A stretch of DNA of 32,000 nucleotides from Telmatocola sphagniphila (GTDB lineage Bacteria; Planctomycetota; Planctomycetia; Gemmatales; Gemmataceae). Location: positions 5,430,001 to 5,462,000 of the forward strand of contig NZ_CP074694.1 in the NCBI RefSeq assembly GCF_018398935.1, read 5' to 3'. The translations under genes and the position numbers were made by a program. The notes under the pieces are model-generated. The model searched no databases and was not told the DNA's origin. It worked only from the letters and a program-made list of their open reading frames with translations. Of the stretch, positions 1 to 8,464 are shown piece after piece (within the stretch, counting starts at the first letter, position 1; the number at the start of each line of letters is the position of its first letter).

Positions 1-2
1 AT

Positions 3-1073
3 TTGGACGAGAACCTGGAAGCTTTGGAGCGGACTTTACGGGACGGAACCTACCGTCCTTCGGCGATCCGGCGAGCGGTAATTCCGAAGCCGGGGAGTGA
101 AGAAGGCCGTCCTCTAGGAATTCCGACGGTTCGAGACCGGGTGGTTCAAGGCGCGATTCGTCAGGTGCTGGAACCGATTTTCGAGAAGGATTTCGCCTCG
201 AATAGTTACGGCTTTCGTCCGGGCCGGGGCTGCAAAAATGCCTTGCGAGAGGTGGACAGACTTCTGAAAGAAGGAGGCACGCATCTGGTGGATGTCGACA
301 TCAAGGGCTACTTCGACGCGATCAATCACGATCAATTAATGGATTTATTGAAGCGAAAGGTCGCGGACGGAACGCTACTAGGTCTGGTGGAACAATTTCT
401 GAAAGCCGAGATATTCTCGTCGATGGGGAGTTGGGAACCGGAATCGGGAGCCCCGCAAGGGGCAGTTTTGAGTCCGTTGTTGAGTAACGCCTATCTGGAT
501 CCTTTGGACCATTTGATGGAATCCCTAGGTTTTCGGATGGTGCGATACGCGGATGACATGGTGATCGTCTGCCGCAGTCGAGCGGAAGCGGAAGAAGCCC
601 TGGCGACGTTGAGCCGCTGGTGCGAATCGGCCAAGCTACAACTGCATCCGGAAAAGACGAGAGTGGTGGACACGCAGATCGAGAGTTTCGAATTTCTAGG
701 CTATTGCTTTGGAGTTTATAAAGGACAACGTCTGATATATCCTCGGAAGCGAAGTCTGGAGAAACTTCGGGATGCGATTCGCGCGAAAACGAAGCGGAAA
801 AGAGGCGATAGCCTATCGCAGATCGTCCGAGACGTGAGCGTAACGCTACGAGGCTGGTACGGATACTTCAAGCACAGCAAAAAGGGGATCTTTCGGGACG
901 TGGATAAATGGACTCGAATGCGGCTGCGGTGCATACTGCGTCGTCGTCTGGGTCACGATTGCAGAAGCCGAAAGAGAGATAACTTCAAGTGGCCCAAAGC
1001 TTACTTTGCCGAGGCGGGACTGTTCTCCCTGGAACAGGCACATCGTCTGGAATCTCAATCCCTCAAGGGGTAA
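3..1073 (+). CDS. Group II intron reverse transcriptase/maturase (5'-truncated by the window edge)
   Basis: RT blocks 'RPLGIPTVRDRVVQ', 'SYGFRPGRG', 'GAPQGAVLSPLLSNAYL' and the catalytic 'RYADDMVIVC' (YADD). Maturase/X-like 'LRGWYGYFKHS'. No HNH/endonuclease tail. Intron RNA domains V/VI lie immediately downstream. Confidence 0.92.
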   Translation: MDENLEALERTLRDGTYRPSAIRRAVIPKPGSEEGRPLGIPTVRDRVVQGAIRQVLEPIFEKDFASNSYGFRPGRGCKNALREVDRLLKEGGTHLVDVDIKGYFDAINHDQLMDLLKRKVADGTLLGLVEQFLKAEIFSSMGSWEPESGAPQGAVLSPLLSNAYLDPLDHLMESLGFRMVRYADDMVIVCRSRAEAEEALATLSRWCESAKLQLHPEKTRVVDTQIESFEFLGYCFGVYKGQRLIYPRKRSLEKLRDAIRAKTKRKRGDSLSQIVRDVSVTLRGWYGYFKHSKKGIFRDVDKWTRMRLRCILRRRLGHDCRSRKRDNFKWPKAYFAEAGLFSLEQAHRLESQSLKG

Positions 1074-1088
1074 GACTACTGACCGGAA

Positions 1089-1149
1089 AGCCGGATGCGG
1101 GAGATCCGCCCGTCCGGTTTGGAGGGAAGGGGGAGCCCTATACTCCTCC
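1089..1149 (+). ncRNA. Group II intron catalytic domain V (1089-1119) and putative domain VI (1121-1149)
   Basis: 1089-1119 reads AGCCGGAUGCGGG-AGAU-CCGCCCGUCCGGUU: a basal AGC paired to GUU, a two-part helix with a 2-nt bulge on the 3' strand and a small terminal loop, the classic domain V shape. 1121-1149 reads GGAGGG..GGG-GGAG-CCC..CUCCUCC, with unpaired A residues (1140/1142) on the 3' strand as branch-point candidates. Confidence 0.75.
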
Positions 1150-1272
1150 TAGCCCTATCCAAGATGAATCAGAGTAAAGAGTTAGGATCAAACGGTTAAT
1201 CTGACCAGTGCCACCCGGCCGCAAAATGTTCTGCAGAAATGGGAATGAGGGCGATTTTGGATCTTAAACCAC

Positions 1273-2277
1273 CTACCAACCCTTGGTCTTCGTCTTCACT
1301 CGGACCAGGTTGTCATTGGCCGTGATATACAGGGTGCTGCCGTCGTCGCCCCAGTTGCAATTCGCGGTCGGAACGCCCGTCGCCAAAGTTCCTAGATGCT
1401 CGCCCTTCGAATTAAACACCCACAGGCCGCCGGGGCCGGTCGCCCAGAGATTGCCCGATTTGTCGATCTTCATGCCATCGGGTAAGCCGGGGTTGCTATT
1501 CTTGACCCATTTTGTGGAATCGAAAAAGACTTTTCCTTTGCCCAGCGTTCCGTCTTCTTTCACCGGGAACGCCATCCAAACGGCGACTTCCGGATCGGAG
1601 TTCGCCACATAAAGAGTCTTTTCATCCGGGGAAAGGCAAATGCCGTTGGGGCGGGTCAATTCCTTGGTCAAAAGAGTTAGCTCTCCCTTGGCCGACAGAC
1701 GGTAGACGCCCTGGAAATCGAGTTCCTTGGCCGGATCGTCCATACCCTTGGGAAGACCATAGGGCGGATCGGTGAAGTAAATGTCGCCGTTGGACATAAT
1801 GGTCAGGTCGTTCGGGCTGTTGAAGCGTTTGCCCATGTATTTATCGACCAGGTTTTCGACTTTTTTGCCGTCGTACGTCGCAAGCCGTCGTTCGCCATGC
1901 TGGCACATAATCAGCTTGCCCTTGGCATCGATGGCGAGGCCGTTCGAACCCGGTTCTTTGCCGGTAAAAGGGGCTGAGCCGGTGTAACCGGAGTTTTCGA
2001 GATAGGTTTCCAGGCCTTTACTTTCGCACCAGCACCAGATTTTGTTGCGGGGAATATCGGAGAAAAGTACAGCCTTGTGTTCTTTGGACCAGACCGGTCC
2101 TTCCGCCCACTTGAACTTCCCTTCAGCGAGCATCTCGATGACAGTTCCCTTGGGCACCAGGGCATCGAATTCGGGGCCATTGCTAACGATTTTTCCAAGG
2201 GTCTTCGACTGCCCGTAAGCGGAAGCGCCCGGCACAAAGATCACGGCAAGAAGGAGCAGAATTCTGCAAAATCTCAT
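1273..2277 (-). CDS. Secreted SMP-30/gluconolactonase/LRE-family beta-propeller protein
   Basis: Signal peptide 'MRFCRILLLLAVIFVPGASA'. Family-typical blocks 'FNSPNDLTIMSNGDIYFTDPPYG', 'PNGICLSPDEKTLYVANS' and 'NCNWGDDGSTLYITA'. Confidence 0.85.
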   Translation of the reverse strand: MRFCRILLLLAVIFVPGASAYGQSKTLGKIVSNGPEFDALVPKGTVIEMLAEGKFKWAEGPVWSKEHKAVLFSDIPRNKIWCWCESKGLETYLENSGYTGSAPFTGKEPGSNGLAIDAKGKLIMCQHGERRLATYDGKKVENLVDKYMGKRFNSPNDLTIMSNGDIYFTDPPYGLPKGMDDPAKELDFQGVYRLSAKGELTLLTKELTRPNGICLSPDEKTLYVANSDPEVAVWMAFPVKEDGTLGKGKVFFDSTKWVKNSNPGLPDGMKIDKSGNLWATGPGGLWVFNSKGEHLGTLATGVPTANCNWGDDGSTLYITANDNLVRVKTKTKGW

Positions 2278-2495
2278 GGAAACTCCTGGAGAGTAAGGAT
2301 CGGAAAATCTTCAACCGAGGAAGGTAAGGCCATCGTACTTCGGAGTGAGCGAGATACAAGCAAAAAATACGGGAGGGATTTACCGGACTATGATCCGCTC
2401 GCCGAGGAAACGCGAATTGCTAAACTGGCATAGCTGAGATAATTTGGAAAGTGCCGGCACGAAGTCGGCACGGCACGTATTTTCAGGAAGCTACC

Positions 2496-4049
2496 ATGTC
2501 TGCCGCTTTGCCGCCGCTTCAGGTGTACAGCACGCTGACCCGCAAAAAAGAGATCTTCCCCAAGATTCCCGGCGAAGCAGTCACCATGTACGTCTGCGGA
2601 CCCACCGTTTACAAGCCGAGCCACATCGGCCATATGGTCGGGCCGATCATCTTCGATACCGTCAAACGCTATCTCAATTATCTGGGCTACGACGTGAAGT
2701 GGGTCGTCAACATCACCGATGTCGACGATAAGCTGATTGCCCGGGCCGCCGAGAGCAAGACCACGGTCGCCGAGCTGGCCCAGAAGATGACGGCCGATTA
2801 TTTCGATTGCCTTAAGAAGCTGAATGTTACGGGCATTGATCATTTCCCTAAGGCCACCGAATATATCCCGGCCATGATCGACACGATCAGCAAATTGATC
2901 GAAAAAGGGGTCGCTTACGATGCCGGGGGCGATGTCTATTTCAACGTATCCCAGTTCAAGGATTACGGGAAACTGTGCGGCTTCGATCCCGATGCTTTGG
3001 AAGCGGGCAGCCGGATCGAAGTGAGCGGTAAGAAGAAGAATCCGGGCGATTTTGCCCTCTGGAAAGCGGCCAAACCGGGCGAACCCGCCTGGAAATCCCC
3101 CTGGGGTGAAGGCCGGCCCGGCTGGCACATCGAATGCACCTGCATGGCCATGGATCAACTGGGTGAAACCATCGATATCCACGGTGGCGGGCTGGATCTC
3201 CGCTTCCCGCACCACGAAAACGAACTGGCCCAGAGCGAAGCCTACTCCGGCAAACCGTTTGCCAAGATCTGGATGCACAACGGCCTCTTGAAGCTCGGCT
3301 CGGGCAAGATGGCCGGTTCCATCGGCAACGTGCTGAATGTGGCCGATGCATTGAAACATGTGGGTGGTGAGGTGTTGCGGTTCTTCATGCTCAACACGCA
3401 CTATCGCAGCCCGATCGACCTGGGGGAATGGGACCCTCGCGATAAAGATGCTTCCCCGATTCCATCGGGACTGGAGGCCGTCAAAAAATCGTATGAGAAC
3501 TTCTCGCGTTTCGCCGAGCGGTATCAGCGGATCACCGGCAAGAGTTTTTATGCTCTGGAAGCGCCCACGAAGGCTCGCGAAAAGACCTTCCTCAACGCTC
3601 AATTCGGTGAACTTTATAGCCGGTTCCGCGAGTTGATGAACGACGACTTCAACACCGGCGGTGCCTGCGGGGTACTCTTCGAATTGATCACGGCGTTGAA
3701 TAAACTGGCCGATTCCGCGAAACTGGAAGATCCCAAAGCGGATGAAACTCAAAAGCCCGCATTCCTCGAAGGGGCGCTGCTTCTCAAAGAGTTATCGCAG
3801 ATTTTGGGACTATTCTTTGAAGAGCCCAAGGCGGCGACGCTGGGGGGCGACGACAAACTGGTCGCCGGATTGATGCAACTGTTGATCGAACTCCGGGGTA
3901 ATCTGCGCACTGAAGCCAAGAAGCTGGAAAAGGGCAACCCGGCCGTGAAGGTGATGTTCGATCAGACCGACCTGATTCGCAAGAAACTGGCGGAACTAGG
4001 CGTGGTGATGGAGGATCGCGCCGGCGGGACGACATGGAAGGTGGGCTAG
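2496..4049 (+). CDS. cysS: Cysteine--tRNA ligase
   Basis: 'CGPTVYKPSHIGHMVGP' (HIGH), 'GWHIECTCM', 'HGGGLDLRFPHHENE', and the KMSKS-position loop 'GKMAGSIGN'. Start placed at ATG 2496 (MSAALPPLQVYSTL...) rather than the upstream in-frame ATG 2451. Confidence 0.97.
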   Translation: MSAALPPLQVYSTLTRKKEIFPKIPGEAVTMYVCGPTVYKPSHIGHMVGPIIFDTVKRYLNYLGYDVKWVVNITDVDDKLIARAAESKTTVAELAQKMTADYFDCLKKLNVTGIDHFPKATEYIPAMIDTISKLIEKGVAYDAGGDVYFNVSQFKDYGKLCGFDPDALEAGSRIEVSGKKKNPGDFALWKAAKPGEPAWKSPWGEGRPGWHIECTCMAMDQLGETIDIHGGGLDLRFPHHENELAQSEAYSGKPFAKIWMHNGLLKLGSGKMAGSIGNVLNVADALKHVGGEVLRFFMLNTHYRSPIDLGEWDPRDKDASPIPSGLEAVKKSYENFSRFAERYQRITGKSFYALEAPTKAREKTFLNAQFGELYSRFRELMNDDFNTGGACGVLFELITALNKLADSAKLEDPKADETQKPAFLEGALLLKELSQILGLFFEEPKAATLGGDDKLVAGLMQLLIELRGNLRTEAKKLEKGNPAVKVMFDQTDLIRKKLAELGVVMEDRAGGTTWKVG

Positions 4050-4114
4050 GAACCTGGATTGAGTTGGCACTGTCGCTGAGATAAGATAATTAAATCGGCA
4101 TTTGAGCTAGTACT

Positions 4115-4399
4115 ATGAGTATCACAATCCATTTACCCGAGGGCACGGAAACCAAACTCCGCCAGAAAGCGGAGCTAGCGGGCGTGTCTATTGAACGCTA
4201 TTTGACGAATTTGGCCGAACTCGATCTGTCTGGCGAAAGCAGAACCTTCACTAGAAAATCCTTCGATGAAATTCTGGCACCGGCTCGGCAAAGTTTTGTC
4301 GAATCTGGTGATTCGGAAGCCGAGTTGACTCGCGTTTTTGAGGCAGCTCGTAACGAAGTCTGGTCCGAGAAACAAAAGACTGGCCTACCCACGGAATGA
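4115..4399 (+). CDS. Ribbon-helix-helix-type antitoxin-like protein
   Basis: The N-terminus 'MSITIHLPEGTETKLRQKAELAGVSIERYLTNL' has a strand-helix-helix pattern. Its stop overlaps the start of the PIN ORF (ATGA at 4396-4399). Confidence 0.65.
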   Translation: MSITIHLPEGTETKLRQKAELAGVSIERYLTNLAELDLSGESRTFTRKSFDEILAPARQSFVESGDSEAELTRVFEAARNEVWSEKQKTGLPTE

Positions 4400-4899
4400 T
4401 TTCGAAAAGCCCAAAAGTCGTTTTCGATTGCATGATGTTTTTGCAAGCCGCCTTGAATCCTTCAGGGCCAGCTGCCGCGTGTCTCCGTGTATTGGAAAAT
4501 CAGCTGATTCGAGTCCTTGTCACACGGGAAATTCTCGAAGAAATTGAGCAGACGCTACGCAAGCCCCTCATTCAGACAAGATACCCAAGACTAACGGAAA
4601 CTGTCATCCTGGAATTCATCGAACGAATTATCGAACTAGTCGAAATTCGACCTCCGGTTGCAAAACGATTCACTTATATACGGGATCCCAAAGATGAGCC
4701 TTACATAAATTTGGCGATAGCGGAGGACGCCAACTATCTCGTCAGTCGCGATCGAGATCTTTTGGACTTGGCAAAAATCGATTATCCCGATGCGGCGCTT
4801 CTCAGAAGAGAAGCGCCTAATTTGAATATCCTCGAGCCCATTGAGTTTTTGAATACTATTCGGGACAACTTGCGACTCCGCGAACAATTCGGACAATAA
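4396..4899 (+). CDS. PIN-domain toxin-like protein (PIN_3-type putative TA toxin)
   Basis: 'VVFDCMMFLQAAL...' at the N-terminus and 'DPKDEPYINLAIAEDANYLVSRDRDLLDL' match the acidic-residue layout of PIN_3-family toxins. 4-nt translational coupling with the upstream RHH ORF. Confidence 0.7.
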   Translation: MISKSPKVVFDCMMFLQAALNPSGPAAACLRVLENQLIRVLVTREILEEIEQTLRKPLIQTRYPRLTETVILEFIERIIELVEIRPPVAKRFTYIRDPKDEPYINLAIAEDANYLVSRDRDLLDLAKIDYPDAALLRREAPNLNILEPIEFLNTIRDNLRLREQFGQ

Positions 4900-4906
4900 A
4901 GCATTA

Positions 4907-5422
4907 ATGCTCATCCTCGGCATCGATCCCGGTCTGAATACCACCGGCTATGGTCTGCTCGAATACTCCACCGGGAAAATCCGACTGGTGGAAGCCGGGG
5001 TGGTGCGCTCGCTCCCCTCCAAAAAACAGTCCGATCTGGGTCTTCGGCTCAAAAGTCTGTTCGAGGGAATTTCGGAAATTGTCGATCAGTACAAACCGGA
5101 AGCCATGGCCATCGAACAACTTTACTCCCACTATGCCCATCCGCGCACGGCCATCATCATGGGCCATGCCCGGGGGGCCCTGCTGCTGGCCGCCGGGATG
5201 AAAAATATTCCCGTTCACCACTTCAAGGCGACGCAGATAAAAAAGACCATCACTGGTCACGGCCACGCCAGCAAGGAGCAGATTCAGGCGACCGTTACCC
5301 GGGAACTGGGACTGCTGAAAGCACCCGAACCCTACGATGTCACCGATGCCCTCGCGGTAGCGCTGTGCTTCGTATTTTCCCGAAAAATGACTGAACAGAC
5401 CTCTCGAAAGCGGGCGATATGA
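4907..5422 (+). CDS. ruvC: Crossover junction endodeoxyribonuclease RuvC
   Basis: 'MLILGIDPGLNTTGYGLLE', 'AMAIEQLY' and 'DVTDALAVALC' are RuvC RNase-H-fold catalytic blocks. Followed by ruvA and ruvB. Confidence 0.95.
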   Translation: MLILGIDPGLNTTGYGLLEYSTGKIRLVEAGVVRSLPSKKQSDLGLRLKSLFEGISEIVDQYKPEAMAIEQLYSHYAHPRTAIIMGHARGALLLAAGMKNIPVHHFKATQIKKTITGHGHASKEQIQATVTRELGLLKAPEPYDVTDALAVALCFVFSRKMTEQTSRKRAI

Positions 5423-6060
5423 TAACCAAGATGACGGGCATTCTGACCCGGGTCCTCGACGATGAGTGCCGGGTGCAAATCGGCCCGTTCGAATATCAGG
5501 TGATGATTCCGGAGTATCTCCGCCGCAACATTCAAACCAAGACGGATGAGGAAATCACGCTGCACATCAGCGAATACCTGGAAGGTTCGCAGATGTCCAA
5601 CCGGCTGATCCCTCGACGCATCGGCTTTTTGAGCGAACTCGAACTGGAGTTTTTCGATCTCTTCTGCACCGTGGACAAAATCGGCGCACGCAAGGCATTA
5701 AAAGCTCTCGGCCGGCCGATCCGCGAAATTGCCGAGGCGATCCAGCGCAGCGATGCCAAATGGCTGACCACGCTGGCGGGCATCGGCAAAACCTCCGCCG
5801 AGCAGATCATCGCCACGCTCAAAAGTAAGGTGACCAAGTTCACGCTATTTTCGGAGGGTACTTTCGGCTCAGCCCCCGAACCGCTGGGCGCCGGGATTGA
5901 TCCTCAGGTGGTCGATGATTCGTACGCCGCGCTGACCAATCTGGGGATGAATCCCTCCGAAGCGCGGGATCGGATCGATCAGGTATTGAAATCGGGGCAG
6001 AAACCGGCTACGGTACAAGAGTTCATTAGTTTGGCGTTTGCGGTGGGGAAGAAGGGATGA
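5419..6060 (+). CDS. ruvA: Holliday junction DNA helicase subunit RuvA
   Basis: 'MITKMTGILTRV...' OB-fold N-terminus. HhH region 'LCTVDKIGARKALKAL' and 'LAGIGKTSAEQII'. C-terminal domain III 'ALTNLGMNPSEARDRIDQV'. ATGA overlap with the ruvC stop. Confidence 0.92.
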   Translation: MITKMTGILTRVLDDECRVQIGPFEYQVMIPEYLRRNIQTKTDEEITLHISEYLEGSQMSNRLIPRRIGFLSELELEFFDLFCTVDKIGARKALKALGRPIREIAEAIQRSDAKWLTTLAGIGKTSAEQIIATLKSKVTKFTLFSEGTFGSAPEPLGAGIDPQVVDDSYAALTNLGMNPSEARDRIDQVLKSGQKPATVQEFISLAFAVGKKG

Positions 6061-6338
6061 CTTTAAACATTGAACTGAGCGAAGAGAAGCTATTAGCTCT
6101 TCAGAATTTGGCTGCGGAACAAAACACGACGATAGAGCACTTACTGGAAACGATGATTGAACGAGTTCTCGTTCACAAAAGCCAAGTTCAAAAAGTGGGT
6201 GAAAGCTTGGAAGCGAAGAACTCGGAACTTTATAAGCGGCTTGCGGTGAATGACGTCAGTCAGGAAGTGTTTGAAAAATTTAAGGACAGAGCGTTTAAAG
6301 ACCATACCGAGACATTAAAACGTTTGGCCGATAGCTAG
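6057..6338 (+). CDS. Small RHH-like hypothetical protein inserted between ruvA and ruvB
   Basis: 93 aa. The start overlaps the ruvA stop (ATGA 6057-6060) after the purine-rich 'GGGGAAGAAGGG'. The N-terminus 'MTLNIELSEEKLLALQNLAAEQNTTIEHLLETMIERVL' resembles an RHH fold. The gene is AT-richer than its neighbours. No partner toxin ORF is visible. Confidence 0.5.
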   Translation: MTLNIELSEEKLLALQNLAAEQNTTIEHLLETMIERVLVHKSQVQKVGESLEAKNSELYKRLAVNDVSQEVFEKFKDRAFKDHTETLKRLADS

Positions 6339-6377
6339 TCCGCTGAGCTCTGAAATTGCACCTTTTTTGAAAGCCGC

Positions 6378-7400
6378 ATGCCACGCGAAACCATTATCTC
6401 CGGCACTACTGAACCCGACGACCGCAAGCGCGATGCGGCCCTGCGTCCGAAGCTCCTGCGCGAAGTCATCGGCCAGAAAAAAGTGGCTCAGCGATTGGGC
6501 ATTGCCGTCAACGCTTCTCGCAAAACCAAGGAACCCCTCGGTCATATTCTGTTTGACGGTCCACCCGGGCTGGGCAAAACGACTTTTGCCACCGTGCTGC
6601 CCAACGAGTTGGGAACCAGCATTCAAATGACTTCCGGCCCGGCCCTCTCCAAACAGGCCGATCTGCTGCCCTATCTGACCAATCTTGAAGAAGGTTCGAT
6701 TCTCTTCATCGATGAAATCCACCGGATGCCGCGGGTCGTCGAAGAGTTCATCTACCCGGCCATGGAAGATTTCCGCATCGATCTGGTGCTCGGTGATGGT
6801 GTGAATGCCCGTACGATTTCGATGAATCTCAAGCGATTCACGCTGATCGGGGCCACCACCCGCAGCGGCATGCTCTCATCGCCGATGCGTGATCGCTTCA
6901 AGATGCAGGAGCATCTCGATTTTTACACGATCAACGAACTGGCGGAGATCGTCCGAGTGAATGCCCGAAAGTTGGATACGAAAATCAGCGAGGAAGCGGC
7001 TCTGGAACTCGCCCGCCGCAGCCGGGGTACGCCGCGCATCGCCAACAGTCGATTGTCGTGGGTCAGAAATTTTGCCATCAGCGAAGCGGACGGCTCGATA
7101 TCCATGGAGATTGCCAGACGGGCGCTCGATATGGCCGAGGTCGATTCGGAAGGGTTGGACAAGCAGGATCGCCGGTATCTGGAAACCCTCATCGATGTGT
7201 TCGGGGGCGGACCTACGGGCGTGGAAGCGATGGCCGCGACAATGAATATTCCGAGCGATACACTCAGCGATGAAGTCGAGCCCTTTCTGCTCCGAGAGCA
7301 GTACATTGTCCGCACCCCTCGGGGCCGGCTGGCCACGCAAAAAGGGTTTCTGGTCGTCGGCCGCAAGCAATCGACGGACGGCAGCAGCCTGTTCGAATAG
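6378..7400 (+). CDS. ruvB: Holliday junction DNA helicase RuvB
   Basis: Walker A 'GPPGLGKTT', Walker B 'ILFIDEIHR', 'LIGATTRSGMLSSPMRDRF', and a winged-helix C-terminus 'EPFLLREQYIVRTPRGR'. Confidence 0.97.
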   Translation: MPRETIISGTTEPDDRKRDAALRPKLLREVIGQKKVAQRLGIAVNASRKTKEPLGHILFDGPPGLGKTTFATVLPNELGTSIQMTSGPALSKQADLLPYLTNLEEGSILFIDEIHRMPRVVEEFIYPAMEDFRIDLVLGDGVNARTISMNLKRFTLIGATTRSGMLSSPMRDRFKMQEHLDFYTINELAEIVRVNARKLDTKISEEAALELARRSRGTPRIANSRLSWVRNFAISEADGSISMEIARRALDMAEVDSEGLDKQDRRYLETLIDVFGGGPTGVEAMAATMNIPSDTLSDEVEPFLLREQYIVRTPRGRLATQKGFLVVGRKQSTDGSSLFE

Positions 7401-7506
7401 ATTCCCCGCAACTCTTTCGGCTTTCCGTCTCGCATCGCCGAAGTTGGGCGGTCGGCAGTGCCATAGATAAATACAATCTGAATTATACTTTCGATAGGCA
7501 CTGAAT

Positions 7507-8388
7507 ATGGAAATCCAGCAACTTCGATACTTCGCCCGCGCGGCGGAGTTGTCCAGTTTCACGCGCGCCGCCGAGGCTTGCTTCATAACGCAGCCGACGC
7601 TTAGTCAGCAGATTCTCAAATTGGAACAGGAACTGGGCCAGCCGCTCTTCGAGCGCCTGGGGCGAAGTGTGAAACTCACCGAAGCGGGCAAGATCCTCAA
7701 AGAAAGAGCCGATCAGATTCTTGCTCTCATGGAGGATGCCGCGGCCCGCATTACCGATCAGCCCGACGCGGGCCGACTGGTGATCGGGGCGATTCCCACC
7801 ATTGCTCCCTATTTATTGCCCCGGCTGATCGACCGCTTTTCCAAACTGGTGCCCAAGGCCGATTTGGAAATCGTCGAAGATGTTACGCCGGTATTGCTGA
7901 AGAAGTGCCAGTCCGGCGAAGTCGATCTGGCTTTCATGGCCTTGCCGCTGGAAGCAAGTGGTCTGAAAATCAAAAAACTCTTTACCGAGAAGCTCCGTTT
8001 AGTCATGAAGCGCGGTCATCCTCTGGCCGCGAAAGCGTGCGTCTCGCTCGACGCGGCGATCCAGGAGCCGTTTCTATTACTGCACGATGCGCATTGTCTG
8101 GCCGAGAGTACGATCAGTTACTGCCGGCAGAAAAATGTGATACCGCTGGGTACTTCCCGGCTGAGTCAATTGAGTACGATTATCGAGTTGGTGGCCTTGG
8201 GGCAGGGGGTGACGTTGGTGCCCGAAATGGCGGTACCCAGGCATATTAACAATGGCTGCGCATACCGACAGCTCGATGGCGAGCAGCCGATGCGGACCGT
8301 AGTCCTGATCTGGAATGATTATCGGTTCGCCACGAAGTTGTTCACGCGATTTGTCAAATGGGCGGAACAGGAGCTTGCGAAAAAATGA
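7507..8388 (+). CDS. LysR-family transcriptional regulator, OxyR-like
   Basis: LysR HTH 'LRYFARAAELSSFTRAAEACFITQPTLSQQILKLEQELG'. 'HDAHCLAESTISYC' places two Cys residues (197 and 206) nine residues apart after a His, the same spacing as the OxyR redox pair. Confidence 0.88.
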   Translation: MEIQQLRYFARAAELSSFTRAAEACFITQPTLSQQILKLEQELGQPLFERLGRSVKLTEAGKILKERADQILALMEDAAARITDQPDAGRLVIGAIPTIAPYLLPRLIDRFSKLVPKADLEIVEDVTPVLLKKCQSGEVDLAFMALPLEASGLKIKKLFTEKLRLVMKRGHPLAAKACVSLDAAIQEPFLLLHDAHCLAESTISYCRQKNVIPLGTSRLSQLSTIIELVALGQGVTLVPEMAVPRHINNGCAYRQLDGEQPMRTVVLIWNDYRFATKLFTRFVKWAEQELAKK

Positions 8389-8464
8389 GCCGTATATCCG
8401 GATGGCTGCATTGCATCGGGGATTAGCGGATCACAGGAAAAGCTGCCTCCGGCATAGTCGTTAA

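Larger units (their letters stand above)
1..1150 (+). mobile_element. Group II intron, 3' portion (intron-encoded protein ORF, domain V, domain VI). The 5' part lies outside the window and the 3' boundary is approximate (+/- 15 nt).
   Basis: An RT/maturase ORF runs off the 5' edge of the window. A domain V-like hairpin lies 15 nt after its stop codon, followed by a domain VI-like helix. The exact 3' splice site cannot be fixed by eye. Confidence 0.8.

Noticed and set aside
3-1073. Reverse transcriptase as a retron, DRT or Abi-type defence RT
   Set aside because: The maturase/X-like region and the canonical group II domain V/VI RNA immediately downstream identify it as an intron-encoded protein. 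No msr/msd-like repeats or effector gene follow.
2278-2495. T-box leader upstream of cysS
   Set aside because: There is no T-box consensus sequence, specifier-loop architecture or terminator/antiterminator pair. The region is also too short.
2388-3752. 454-aa ORF antisense to cysS
   Set aside because: The plus-strand frame carries unambiguous CysRS motifs (HIGH, WHIEC, PHHENE). The antisense product is low-complexity (Ala/Gly/Arg/Pro-rich), as expected for a stop-poor reverse frame in GC-rich coding DNA.
7470-7506. T-N11-A LysR box (TATACTTTCGATA) just upstream of the OxyR-like gene
   Set aside because: It is a single weak AT-rich match in an AT-rich spacer, easily a chance hit. It is not supported by any second half-site.
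6876-7586. 236-aa and 192-aa ORFs antisense to ruvB
   Set aside because: The RuvB Walker A/B and sensor motifs fix the coding strand as plus. The antisense products are Arg/Ala-rich with no recognisable motif.
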